From Candidatus Iainarchaeum sp. (GTDB lineage Archaea > B1Sed10-29 > WALL01 > JAGHAM01): DNA of 64,000 nt. Shown piece by piece: positions 55,981 to 64,000 of this stretch. Every line of letters begins with the position of its first letter. Within the stretch, counting starts at the first letter, position 1. The DNA lies in NCBI GenBank assembly GCA_021161465.1, contig JAGHAM010000004.1, forward strand, positions 3,035 through 67,034, read 5' to 3'. Made by a program: the position numbers and the translations under genes. The notes beneath the pieces are model-generated. The model was not told the origin of the DNA. It was given only the letters and a program-made list of their open reading frames with translations, and ran no database searches.

Positions 55981-58314
55981 TTAGTCCTTCTCTATTACCT
56001 TGCCTGTCATGCTATCTAGAACTAGTTCTCTGTTTCCGCTTTTTGATGAAAATATGGCGTAATAAACCGGTTTGTATATGAAGGACTTGTCCCTTATCTT
56101 AACCTCACCAAACAGTGCAGGTATGTCCGAAACAGAACTGTCTGGTATGGTTGGCTTTTCTGTGATTCCTGTGCTTTTCTCCATTACGAGTTCAGTCTCC
56201 AGCGATGTAAACTCAGGTGTTACTAACTTTTCCGGCAGGTTAAAGTCATATTTGAGCGAGTAAACGCCTTTTTTATCTTTCTTGAGCTTCCCCTCATCAA
56301 CGAGCTCATCGCTCTCCTTCATAGTGTCTGCTTCGCTTAACCCCGAGAACTTGGACAGGCTCTTAACACTTGCCTTCTTGCCTTTCCTGAGTGCGACTAT
56401 CACCTTTCTTTTTTCGGGAGGCATTTCCAAAAGTTTCTTCACACCTTTGGTTGTTGTTAAGTTGCCATTTTTTATCCCGATTATCTCTCCGGTGATACCA
56501 TCTATATAGCATACACTCCTCCTGAAGCCACCCTTCTCAAAGTAATCGTATTCCAGCTTGTATATTGGCGAATATCTAACTCCAAACTCCTTCAGGTTCT
56601 CCTCATTTCCAACCAACCCAAACAGCTTTTTCCTCCTCTTTGATTCAAGAATCACCCTAGCTTTGTCTTCATCTATTTTGCCCTTAAGCACAAGCACTTC
56701 CTCAACATCAGTTCCCTCAGGAGAGGGTTCATAACTTTTTGGAACAAGGTAATCGCCGTCAAGCTTGTAGTCTCCAGCTGTGAGCTCTTGGACAAGGTCC
56801 TTACTTTCTATCTTGGTTTTATACCTCTTGTTTATTGTCCTTACCAGTTGGTCGACCTGCCTGAGATGGACCCTTTTGAAGTCTCCAATCCTTTTGATAA
56901 GGGTTTTAATCAGGAAGTCTTTAACTTCCTCTGGCTTTATGCCTTCCTCAAAGCTGACTGACCTAGCTTCCCTACCCTCATGCTGGGAGAACCTTGGTCT
57001 TACTTTCATGACAAAAGCCCTTGAAGTGGAATCGCTTCTGTCGCCGACGAGGCAGTGACCTATCGGGAGTGACCTTATGAATTTTGAATGCTGATACTCT
57101 TTTGGTATCATGGTAGGCATCCTTTTCAAGACTGCTTTCAAGTCATCATCGAAGACAAGCTTATGGCATAGCAGAATATCTAGTTGTGAGAGCACTTTGG
57201 TGTCTATTGCAGATGGTTGCTGGGTTGCAAACACCAGTGAGCAACCAGGCCTCCTGCCTTGTTTTACATACTCTATCAGTGGGTCGCTTGCGGGTGTCTT
57301 AGCACCGCTTGGTATCAGGGTATGTGCCTCATCTATGAAGAGCCAGGTTGGTGGGATTCCGGTTTCAAGCATGTCCTCCATCTCCACCGCAAATTTCTTC
57401 ATGGAGGTCTTCCTGGCAGACAGTTTTCTGGCGTTTAAGATTTTTCTGGCAAGGATTCCTATTACCAGGGAGGAAACTTTTTCCTCAAGGAAGCTTATGT
57501 CTATTATTGATACTTCCCCCTCCCTACATAACTCTATTAGCGGTGTTCCTGTTTCAGTAAACACTCCCCATGATTTGGCTGCTTCGAACCTTGAGATTAT
57601 GGCTCTCCTCGAGCTCTTGCTGAAACCTTTCTTCCCGGACACTATCTCCTCGCTTTCACTTAGGCAGGTTATTATGTCATCTATACTGTAAACCTCCGTC
57701 TTTGGAGGCAGCCTTTTCCCATCTTTAGTTGTATAACCCTCCCTAACATTTTCAAGGGTTTTTTCAAGTAGTAAACCCTTTGGGGAAAACCTGTCAATAT
57801 CAAAGGTAATGCACCAGTCATCTACAGTTAAGTCTGCTGGCCTGAGTGCAAAGCTTCTGTCGTAAGTGTCCTCTGGAAGTGTGTTTCTTACACCATGTGG
57901 CACAAAGACAGACACGTTGTCCACCCCTTTTGGGGTTTGCCCCATTCTCACAAGCTCGTCAAGCTCGCGCTCTTCCTGGTTTGGGTGTTTCATCGACCAG
58001 TAGATTCCTATTGGATCGATTATGACGCTAGCGACGTTTGGATTTTTGAAAACTAGTTCCTCTGCGATTACACCCAATGAATAGCTTTTGCCGGAGCCTC
58101 TCGCCCCAACTATGAATACCACGTGTGGTGCTATAGCATCCATATACACAAAGCTGCCGTAGTTCTCCTGCTCAGCTATCTTTCCCATCAGGAGCGCGCC
58201 GTCTCGCTTGTATTTCTCGTGTATGCTCTTATCTCTCCCTATAAAGAAGGCTCTGCCTGAATCATCTGTTAATGCTTTTAATGGCTCATTTACTCTTGGG
58301 CTAAATGTGGGCAT
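55981..58314 (-). CDS. HerA/FtsK-like DUF87 P-loop ATPase with ~300-aa C-terminal extension
   Basis: Walker A 'GARGSGKS', 'VIIDPIGIYW' (DUF87 'DpeGEY'-like), Walker B 'WLFIDEAHTL'. 777 aa. Confidence 0.65.
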   Translation of the reverse strand: MPTFSPRVNEPLKALTDDSGRAFFIGRDKSIHEKYKRDGALLMGKIAEQENYGSFVYMDAIAPHVVFIVGARGSGKSYSLGVIAEELVFKNPNVASVIIDPIGIYWSMKHPNQEERELDELVRMGQTPKGVDNVSVFVPHGVRNTLPEDTYDRSFALRPADLTVDDWCITFDIDRFSPKGLLLEKTLENVREGYTTKDGKRLPPKTEVYSIDDIITCLSESEEIVSGKKGFSKSSRRAIISRFEAAKSWGVFTETGTPLIELCREGEVSIIDISFLEEKVSSLVIGILARKILNARKLSARKTSMKKFAVEMEDMLETGIPPTWLFIDEAHTLIPSGAKTPASDPLIEYVKQGRRPGCSLVFATQQPSAIDTKVLSQLDILLCHKLVFDDDLKAVLKRMPTMIPKEYQHSKFIRSLPIGHCLVGDRSDSTSRAFVMKVRPRFSQHEGREARSVSFEEGIKPEEVKDFLIKTLIKRIGDFKRVHLRQVDQLVRTINKRYKTKIESKDLVQELTAGDYKLDGDYLVPKSYEPSPEGTDVEEVLVLKGKIDEDKARVILESKRRKKLFGLVGNEENLKEFGVRYSPIYKLEYDYFEKGGFRRSVCYIDGITGEIIGIKNGNLTTTKGVKKLLEMPPEKRKVIVALRKGKKASVKSLSKFSGLSEADTMKESDELVDEGKLKKDKKGVYSLKYDFNLPEKLVTPEFTSLETELVMEKSTGITEKPTIPDSSVSDIPALFGEVKIRDKSFIYKPVYYAIFSSKSGNRELVLDSMTGKVIEKD

Positions 58315-58349
58315 CGCTAATATATACTGAAGGGTAATATAAATAAACT

Positions 58350-59342
58350 ATGGCCTTGAAGAGGACTACTATTGAGTTGGCCAATGAGCTTATAGACTGG
58401 TATGCTAAATCAGGCAATTTGCACAGGAAGGTTTCGCTTGAGGCTTTCAGGGATGCCTATAATGTTAGAACAAGCTATGAAGGTCTTAAAGATCTAATGC
58501 TACAGCTATCATATGCATCTATCCCACTCGAGGGCGGTAAATTCGATTTGAGGAAGGTTCCAAAGACGCACAGGAGAAGGGTTGAGGCATTACGGGAGGA
58601 ATTAAAAAAAGGCAACATAGACATCAAGCAAGCCGAAGCCGCTGCCCGCAAATTTTTAGCTCATCCGCTTGGCGAGAGGATGAGGGACTTGAATCCAATG
58701 GAGGATGAAGAAATCGAGAGGATGCAAAAGCGGTTTGAACTGAGCATGAATAAGGCAATGTCCATATTGACAGAATCTATGAACGCGCATCCTGCTAGGG
58801 CATATAGCATAATGTGGAAGGCACTTGGGGGGAAAATACATGATGAAATACCAATTATAATGAGGAGTTCAAACAAGGGGGAGTTAAGGGATTATTTGAG
58901 AAAGTTTTGGAACGTTAGTTATCTCAAGGCTGATGCCTTTGTCCAGTACAAGAAGGCCGACAGCCATATAATAGACCTATACAAGAACCATTTGGATGAT
59001 ATCCCAGATGAAGCGTTGAGACACACCGTAGAGAACCTATATCGCAGCGTTAGAAGGTACCCATGGGGCAAGCGCAAATCTGCAATCCCTACCAAATCTA
59101 AGGCCGGGATGTCTAAGAGAGATTTTATCAATGGCTATAAATCCTTTGGCATTGAAATAAGGTTGAAGCCTGAAGAAGCGAAATTACCAGAATACAAAAA
59201 GAAGCTCATATTGTTTGGTAGGCATCTCAATGCTGGAACCGCTATATACAAAGAAGCTATGAAGAAAAGAAAAGAGATAGGCCCATTAATTAGGGCTAAA
59301 GAAAAAATGAAATCTGCCCATAAGCGGGCAGAATTAAAATAA
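58350..59342 (+). CDS. hypothetical basic helical protein (330 aa)
   Basis: Divergent from the DUF87 ATPase (35-nt spacer). No motif recognised. Confidence 0.4.
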   Translation: MALKRTTIELANELIDWYAKSGNLHRKVSLEAFRDAYNVRTSYEGLKDLMLQLSYASIPLEGGKFDLRKVPKTHRRRVEALREELKKGNIDIKQAEAAARKFLAHPLGERMRDLNPMEDEEIERMQKRFELSMNKAMSILTESMNAHPARAYSIMWKALGGKIHDEIPIIMRSSNKGELRDYLRKFWNVSYLKADAFVQYKKADSHIIDLYKNHLDDIPDEALRHTVENLYRSVRRYPWGKRKSAIPTKSKAGMSKRDFINGYKSFGIEIRLKPEEAKLPEYKKKLILFGRHLNAGTAIYKEAMKKRKEIGPLIRAKEKMKSAHKRAELK

Positions 59343-59359
59343 AAGAAAAAGAGGAGGGT

Positions 59360-59728
59360 TTAATCTTCTTCCTCCAAGACTTCCTCTTCAATTTCTAAGG
59401 TTTCTTTACCTGTTTCAGGTGATTCTTCCTTTGCTTTTTCCTCCTTCTTCTCAGCTTTCTCTTTTATTTCCTTAGCTGAGCTTATCTCTTCAACAGGTTC
59501 GCCGCTGTCTTCACTCATTTTTAAAACAGAGTCTGCAAGCGATTTGGCTATTCCACCCTCGTCAGGGAAACCAAGACCTCTCTTATATCTCCTTTGCCCA
59601 TCAGGGGTGAAGTATCCCTTGGATAGTGAAATGAAGTAATTTCCATTTACTTCTTTTCTCGCTACTTCAATGAAGTTGTTCGTTCCATACTTTATTTCTT
59701 CTGCCTTAATTGTTGTGTATTCTACCAT
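59360..59728 (-). CDS. hypothetical protein with acidic C-terminal tail
   Basis: 122 aa, 'EKKEEKAKEESPETGKETLEIEEEVLEEED' tail. Confidence 0.4.
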   Translation of the reverse strand: MVEYTTIKAEEIKYGTNNFIEVARKEVNGNYFISLSKGYFTPDGQRRYKRGLGFPDEGGIAKSLADSVLKMSEDSGEPVEEISSAKEIKEKAEKKEEKAKEESPETGKETLEIEEEVLEEED

Positions 59729-59806
59729 TCTGTCTCACCTTGGTTGTTAGTGCGTTGTTTTTGAATCTATCTGTTTAAAAAACTTATCTCTAAGGTTTGC
59801 CTAGGG

Positions 59807-60871
59807 GTGTTCAACAACATAAATCCTTTTATTCTCGGAAATCTACAAATTCCAAGGGAGTTTATGTGGGACTACGAACCTAAAATCATTAAAGATGAAA
59901 AGCCATTGTTGGAAGCCTTTGTGCCTGAGCATGTGTTGCACAGAGAAGGGCAGAAACAGCTTTTGGTTAGCGCGCTGAAGCCAGCTTTAGCCGGGCGCAG
60001 GGCAGTGGACTCCTTCTTCTATGGGCCCTGCGGAACCGGTAAGACGCTATTGGCAAGGTGGCTTTTGAACGAGTTAGAGAGCCATTCATCCAAGGTGCAG
60101 ACTGTATACGTTAACTGCTGGAAAAACAACACGGCGTACACCTGCCTTTCGTCTATACTCAAGGAGTTGGGGGTTTTTACCACATACAGGCAGGCAACTA
60201 GTGAACTGTTAAAACAGCTTGAGGTGGAAGCTAGGGAGAAAGCAACAGTGGTATGTCTTGATGAGGTGGATTCTTTGGAGGACAAGGAGCTTCTCTATAG
60301 CATGTCACGCTCTGGTGTTGCCTTGCTTTTGATATCTAATGACCCCTATGCACTGGTTGACTTGGACTTAAGGATAAAGAGCTCTTTAAGACCGGAGCCT
60401 GTTGAGTTCCCAGCGTATAAGACTGTTGAGATATTCGATATACTGATGCAGAGGAGGTCATACGCGTTTGTGCCAGGGACTGTTGATGATATAGTCCTTA
60501 AGCTAGTTGCTAGGCTATCTGATGGCGATGCAAGGGTGGCCTTGGAAACATTGAGGCGTGCTGCTTTGCTTTCCGAAGAGCGCGGTGAAGATAAGGTCAC
60601 AAGCACAAGTGTGAAGGAAGTGTTTAAGACTACAGGAAACCTTCGCAAGAGTGAAGCCCTAAAGCGCCTGAACGAGCATGAGAAGGCCTTGTACCAGATA
60701 ATTGAGGGCAAGAAAAAAATATCCACAAAGAGGTTGTTTGAAGAGTACACAAAGATAGTAGAAAATCCTGCTACAGATAGGACTTATCGCAATTATATGA
60801 ACCATCTGGTCAAGCTTGGGCTGGTTAAAGCTACTGGTGAGCTTACAGGGAGAAAATACGAGCTAGTTTGA
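59807..60871 (+). CDS. cdc6: Orc1/Cdc6 replication initiation protein
   Basis: 'FVPEHVLHREGQ', Walker A 'GPCGTGKT', Walker B 'VVCLDEVDSL', C-terminal winged helix. Probable start at the Met near 59867. Confidence 0.8.
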   Translation: MFNNINPFILGNLQIPREFMWDYEPKIIKDEKPLLEAFVPEHVLHREGQKQLLVSALKPALAGRRAVDSFFYGPCGTGKTLLARWLLNELESHSSKVQTVYVNCWKNNTAYTCLSSILKELGVFTTYRQATSELLKQLEVEAREKATVVCLDEVDSLEDKELLYSMSRSGVALLLISNDPYALVDLDLRIKSSLRPEPVEFPAYKTVEIFDILMQRRSYAFVPGTVDDIVLKLVARLSDGDARVALETLRRAALLSEERGEDKVTSTSVKEVFKTTGNLRKSEALKRLNEHEKALYQIIEGKKKISTKRLFEEYTKIVENPATDRTYRNYMNHLVKLGLVKATGELTGRKYELV

Positions 60872-60924
60872 TCGATATAGTCAAGTTTTTTAATTCCTTG
60901 TTCCCTTAGGTATACTGGTGTGTT

Positions 60925-61494
60925 ATGCCAACGCATGAAAAACCAAAGGAGTTCCGAAAGCCTGAGAGGAGATGGCCAACAAAACTCGCGAGAATACAAA
61001 TACATGTTTCGGACCCAGAAGGATTAAAACACGTTGGGGTCAGGGGTTACAATGTTCTACAGATTTCTAAAAGGGGCTTATCTCCTGCACCGCTAACGAC
61101 ACCATCAACACGAGAGGTCGAAGAGGAATTCATAAAGAAAGCTAAAAATTTTGGTGTATCAAGCAATCGTTCAAAGATGCCTTCACTCCAACTCAAGGAG
61201 AGAGTGGGTAAAGACATCATAGCCCATACGGTTGTTGAAACGGGGAAAGGTAAAGCTTTTGTAGCAGAATGGACCCGAAAACACTTGGACTCAGAAACAG
61301 ATAGAAGAAGTGGAGTGGAGCGTCTTGTTGTTTTCAACGACCATCCGGAAATATACCAGAAAGTTCTTGAGAAAGAGGGTATTGAAGGCGTACTTAAACT
61401 ACTTGAGGCCCATAACAAAGGTAGGACATTATGGGAGAAGCTTATAAAGCCAAGGATAGACAGGACTAAACGAAACACTCTCGTAAAACTTTGA
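60925..61494 (+). CDS. hypothetical protein (189 aa)
   Basis: ORF only. Confidence 0.4.
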   Translation: MPTHEKPKEFRKPERRWPTKLARIQIHVSDPEGLKHVGVRGYNVLQISKRGLSPAPLTTPSTREVEEEFIKKAKNFGVSSNRSKMPSLQLKERVGKDIIAHTVVETGKGKAFVAEWTRKHLDSETDRRSGVERLVVFNDHPEIYQKVLEKEGIEGVLKLLEAHNKGRTLWEKLIKPRIDRTKRNTLVKL

Positions 61495-61517
61495 TGACAA
61501 AAAAGAGAAGTGTGTGA

Positions 61518-62267
61518 ATGATAGTTGGGATAGACCCTGGGACAACAGTTGGGTTTGCTGTCCTTGACTTGGATGGAAATCCAGTGAAGGTAGGCAGCTT
61601 TAAGAATAAGTCCATTGACGACCTGGTGAGGATTCTATCTAGCTATGAGCCTGTTCTGGTTTCATCTGATGTTGCTAAGGTTCCAGAAGCTGTTAAAAAG
61701 GTGGCCATTGCATTTAATGCAACTGTTTTTCACCCAACTGAGAACTTGCAGATTGAGGAGAAGGTAAAGTTGATTAGAGGCCATAGCGTTTCTAATGTTC
61801 ACGAGCGTGATGCTCTTGCAGCTGCCATTAAGGCTTACAAGCATTACTCCTCCAAGCTAAGGAAAGCTAAAAAGCTTGCAGCGGAGAGACAAGAGGATAT
61901 ACTCCGCGCTGCCCTGCGTGAAGTTAGGTTGTCGGATGTAGCTGAGCCACACCCGGCAGATAGCAAAGAAAACACTGCTGGGATAGCGGAGGTCAGAAAG
62001 GAGCTCGGCATTGAGAAGAAAAAAGCAATCGAGCTGGAGAGGAAAAACAAAGAGCTAAGAAAGAGGCTTGCAGTGGCAAATAAGAAAATTTCGGTGTTAG
62101 AAAGAAAACTTGCAAGGGTGGAGAAATTTTCACAAAAAGAGGAGGTTGCCAGAGAACACAAGGAAGAGAAACATGCCTCCATCACCGAGTTGGAACCTGA
62201 TGAGGTCGAGAAACTATTCTTAGAGTATAAGAAAAACCCTAAGAAGATAGCTAATCTAGGGCAATAA
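61518..62267 (+). CDS. RNase H-fold YqgF/RuvC-like protein with C-terminal coiled coil
   Basis: 'MIVGIDPGTTVGFAVLD' resembles the YqgF/RuvX/RuvC N-terminal catalytic strand. C-terminal heptad-rich region. Confidence 0.4.
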   Translation: MIVGIDPGTTVGFAVLDLDGNPVKVGSFKNKSIDDLVRILSSYEPVLVSSDVAKVPEAVKKVAIAFNATVFHPTENLQIEEKVKLIRGHSVSNVHERDALAAAIKAYKHYSSKLRKAKKLAAERQEDILRAALREVRLSDVAEPHPADSKENTAGIAEVRKELGIEKKKAIELERKNKELRKRLAVANKKISVLERKLARVEKFSQKEEVAREHKEEKHASITELEPDEVEKLFLEYKKNPKKIANLGQ

Positions 62268-62415
62268 GTATCACTATTTCTGCAACTATGAAGAAGACTG
62301 AAAACCAAGCAACCATTTCTGGTGTTATCTCTATCCCACCACCAGAGGTATCAAAATATCTAACCAATCCTGCGGCACTGGTTGGCCCCTGCACTGGGTT
62401 TGACTTAATCTTCAT
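62251..62415 (-). CDS. secG: preprotein translocase subunit Sec61beta
   Basis: Manual translation (not in the ORF track): 'MKIKSNPVQGPTSAAGLVRYFDTSGGGIEITPEMVAWFSVFFIVAEIVILIALD'. The '..AGLVRYFD.....I.P..V...S..FI' pattern plus a single C-terminal TM helix is typical of archaeal Sec61beta. Confidence 0.6.
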   Translation of the reverse strand: MKIKSNPVQGPTSAAGLVRYFDTSGGGIEITPEMVAWFSVFFIVAEIVILIALD

Positions 62416-62426
62416 TTAAACCAAAC

Positions 62427-63947
62427 TTATTTAGCTGTTTTCTTGTTTAAATCTTTTTTGTTTTTGCTATGGTGTTTTTTATGCTTCTTCTTGTAGTAAA
62501 AGAACAGTATCACAACTACAATCAACAGTATCACACCAACAACTATCAAAGCAATCACAACCCCAGCTATCAGTCCAAATTCACCTAGTATTGGATGGGC
62601 TTCTCCTTCTGTTTTGAAACCTATATAGAAGGTTGTGCTGTTCTCGCTGTCTGCCCGGTAAACACGCAATGAACCCTTAACTGGCTTGAAGGCCATAGTT
62701 TCATTTGAGATGGCTACCTTACGACTATTAAACTTGTAGTCATCTTCACATTCGGGTGTGTTTGCACTGCAGAACACGAAAGAGCTGTTTTCAGGTAGCC
62801 AGTCAATTCCCTGGACGTTTATCTGGTCTTTTATGTCACCCAAAGTTAAGGAGCCTTCCGTTGTGAAGTCGAGGTTTGCTGAAGCTGGCTCTCCGGGAAG
62901 GCTTTGATTCAACAAAGAGAGTATCGCTGAGAGTGTTGAGTTTTCATCAGGGGACAAAATTCTATAAAGCTTGCAATTGTCAGAGCAGGCAGTTAAGTTA
63001 TCTGTACCATTCTCCTTGTCACATTCTTCTCCATCAACAACAAGCCCATCTCCACATATTGGCACGAGAGAGTTGCAGTCCTTACATTCAAATCCGGGTG
63101 TGTAATTCTGTGATGCACTGGTTTGCTTCGTGTCGCATAACTCACCCTCAACAACAAGCCCATCTCCACATATTGGTGTCATGTTCATACAATCGCTGGA
63201 GCATTTGAAGCCTTTGGTTACATTGCTCTTATCACACACTTCGTCACCAGCTATTATACTATCCCCACAGGTAGTTTCAAGCTTGCAGTCTGATGTGCAA
63301 TTGTAGCCATATGGCACGTCTTTATCACCATCACACTCTTCCCCATTTTCTTTGTCTACTTTACCATTCCCACAATAAGGGGGCACCTCAAGGTAGGCTT
63401 TTGTGCTCATGTCATAAACCTTGTCTAGAGGCATCTTGGTTATTGTCTCTCCATTTATTGTTATGTCCTTTATCTCCCATGTATACTCTCTGTCTCCTAT
63501 TGTATCCGCACCCATAAACACTATGGTTAAGTTGTCAAAGAGGCACTCTGTTGACTTTATGTCCATTTTAATGGTTTTCCACTCATTGTTTTTGAAGGCC
63601 TCCTCTTTCGGGTCGCCATTGGTGTAACTATCTACTGCTGGTCCGTCTGCAATCCTCCCTGGCAATAGCAAGTTTTGTGAACCCGAACTACAAAATACTC
63701 CATAGGCCTCCTGTGTGCTGCCAAGCCAGTTGCACTCAAAGTGAACATGGCATAGGTGACTTTGTGAGGGGTAGGGGAGAAATGAAAAAGTGTTGGTTAT
63801 GAAACCCGGCTTTTCAACCGTTGCATTTTCATATCCATAGATAAATCCAAAGAAGTTTGGCCCATCGTTGTTTTCACCTTCACCAGTCTTCACAGCCAGT
63901 GCATGGTTGTCGAAGTCCAAATCTATATTTGGGGCATTTACCCTCAC
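62427..63947 (-). CDS. secreted Cys-rich Myxococcus-repeat protein with C-terminal TM anchor
   Basis: Repeats 'PICGDGLVVEGELCD', 'PICGDGLVVDGEECD', 'CGNGKVDKENGEECD', 'TCGDSIIAGDEVCD'. C-terminal 'GVVIALIVVGVILLIVVVILFFYYKKKHKKHH'. The 5' end lies near the window edge. Confidence 0.65.
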   Translation of the reverse strand: MRVNAPNIDLDFDNHALAVKTGEGENNDGPNFFGFIYGYENATVEKPGFITNTFSFLPYPSQSHLCHVHFECNWLGSTQEAYGVFCSSGSQNLLLPGRIADGPAVDSYTNGDPKEEAFKNNEWKTIKMDIKSTECLFDNLTIVFMGADTIGDREYTWEIKDITINGETITKMPLDKVYDMSTKAYLEVPPYCGNGKVDKENGEECDGDKDVPYGYNCTSDCKLETTCGDSIIAGDEVCDKSNVTKGFKCSSDCMNMTPICGDGLVVEGELCDTKQTSASQNYTPGFECKDCNSLVPICGDGLVVDGEECDKENGTDNLTACSDNCKLYRILSPDENSTLSAILSLLNQSLPGEPASANLDFTTEGSLTLGDIKDQINVQGIDWLPENSSFVFCSANTPECEDDYKFNSRKVAISNETMAFKPVKGSLRVYRADSENSTTFYIGFKTEGEAHPILGEFGLIAGVVIALIVVGVILLIVVVILFFYYKKKHKKHHSKNKKDLNKKTAK

Positions 63948-64000
63948 CTTTGCAGTTAGTTCCCATGAATTGCCTGCAGGGTGTGGGATTATCGTTGAAA

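Noticed and set aside
59729-59866. Possible origin of replication (ORB/mini-ORB elements) upstream of orc1/cdc6
   Set aside because: There is only one weak TTCCAAGGGAG half-site and no repeated ORB boxes. The intergenic region is only about 138 nt and not markedly AT-rich. The evidence is insufficient.

Overview
The window looks like a gene-dense, AT-rich archaeal chromosome segment. The archaeal assignment rests on the gene content: archaeal/eukaryal-type AlaRS, LeuRS, GlyRS and ArgRS, a Nop5-fibrillarin pair, Orc1/Cdc6, Sec61beta, an M50 protease with CBS domains, and leaderless-looking TATA-proximal starts.

Nearly all space is protein-coding. Housekeeping genes include four aminoacyl-tRNA synthetases, malic enzyme, an aminotransferase, M24 and M29 peptidases, ThiL and a Na/Pi transporter with PhoU. 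These are interspersed with an unusually large complement of big secreted or lipobox proteins built from Myxococcus-type cysteine-rich (CxDGNxC / CGDGxV..GEECD) and MopE-like (DNDCDG) repeats, with dense N-glycosylation sequons.

The most striking non-coding signal is in the four GC-rich intergenic islands. Each can be folded by eye into a tRNA whose exons are split by multiple, in part very long, introns, including an intron in the T-loop at position 59/60 in all four:
- tRNA-Ser(CGA), about 407 nt, three introns
- tRNA-His(GUG), about 216 nt, two introns, with G-1/C73
- tRNA-Ile(UAU?), about 431 nt, with a roughly 320-nt T-loop intron
- tRNA-Arg(UCU), about 167 nt, D-loop and T-loop introns

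Other observations:
- a small Sec61beta gene missed by the ORF track;
- a degraded RelE/antitoxin remnant;
- a PAP2::CTP-transferase fusion with a standalone paralog;
- a pair of diverged paralogs about 9 kb apart;
- a HerA/DUF87-like ATPase plus Orc1/Cdc6 island immediately downstream of tRNA-Arg that could be an integrated or replication-related module.

No CRISPR array, rRNA or obvious transposase/integrase was seen. All functional calls are from motif recognition by eye; no searches were run.
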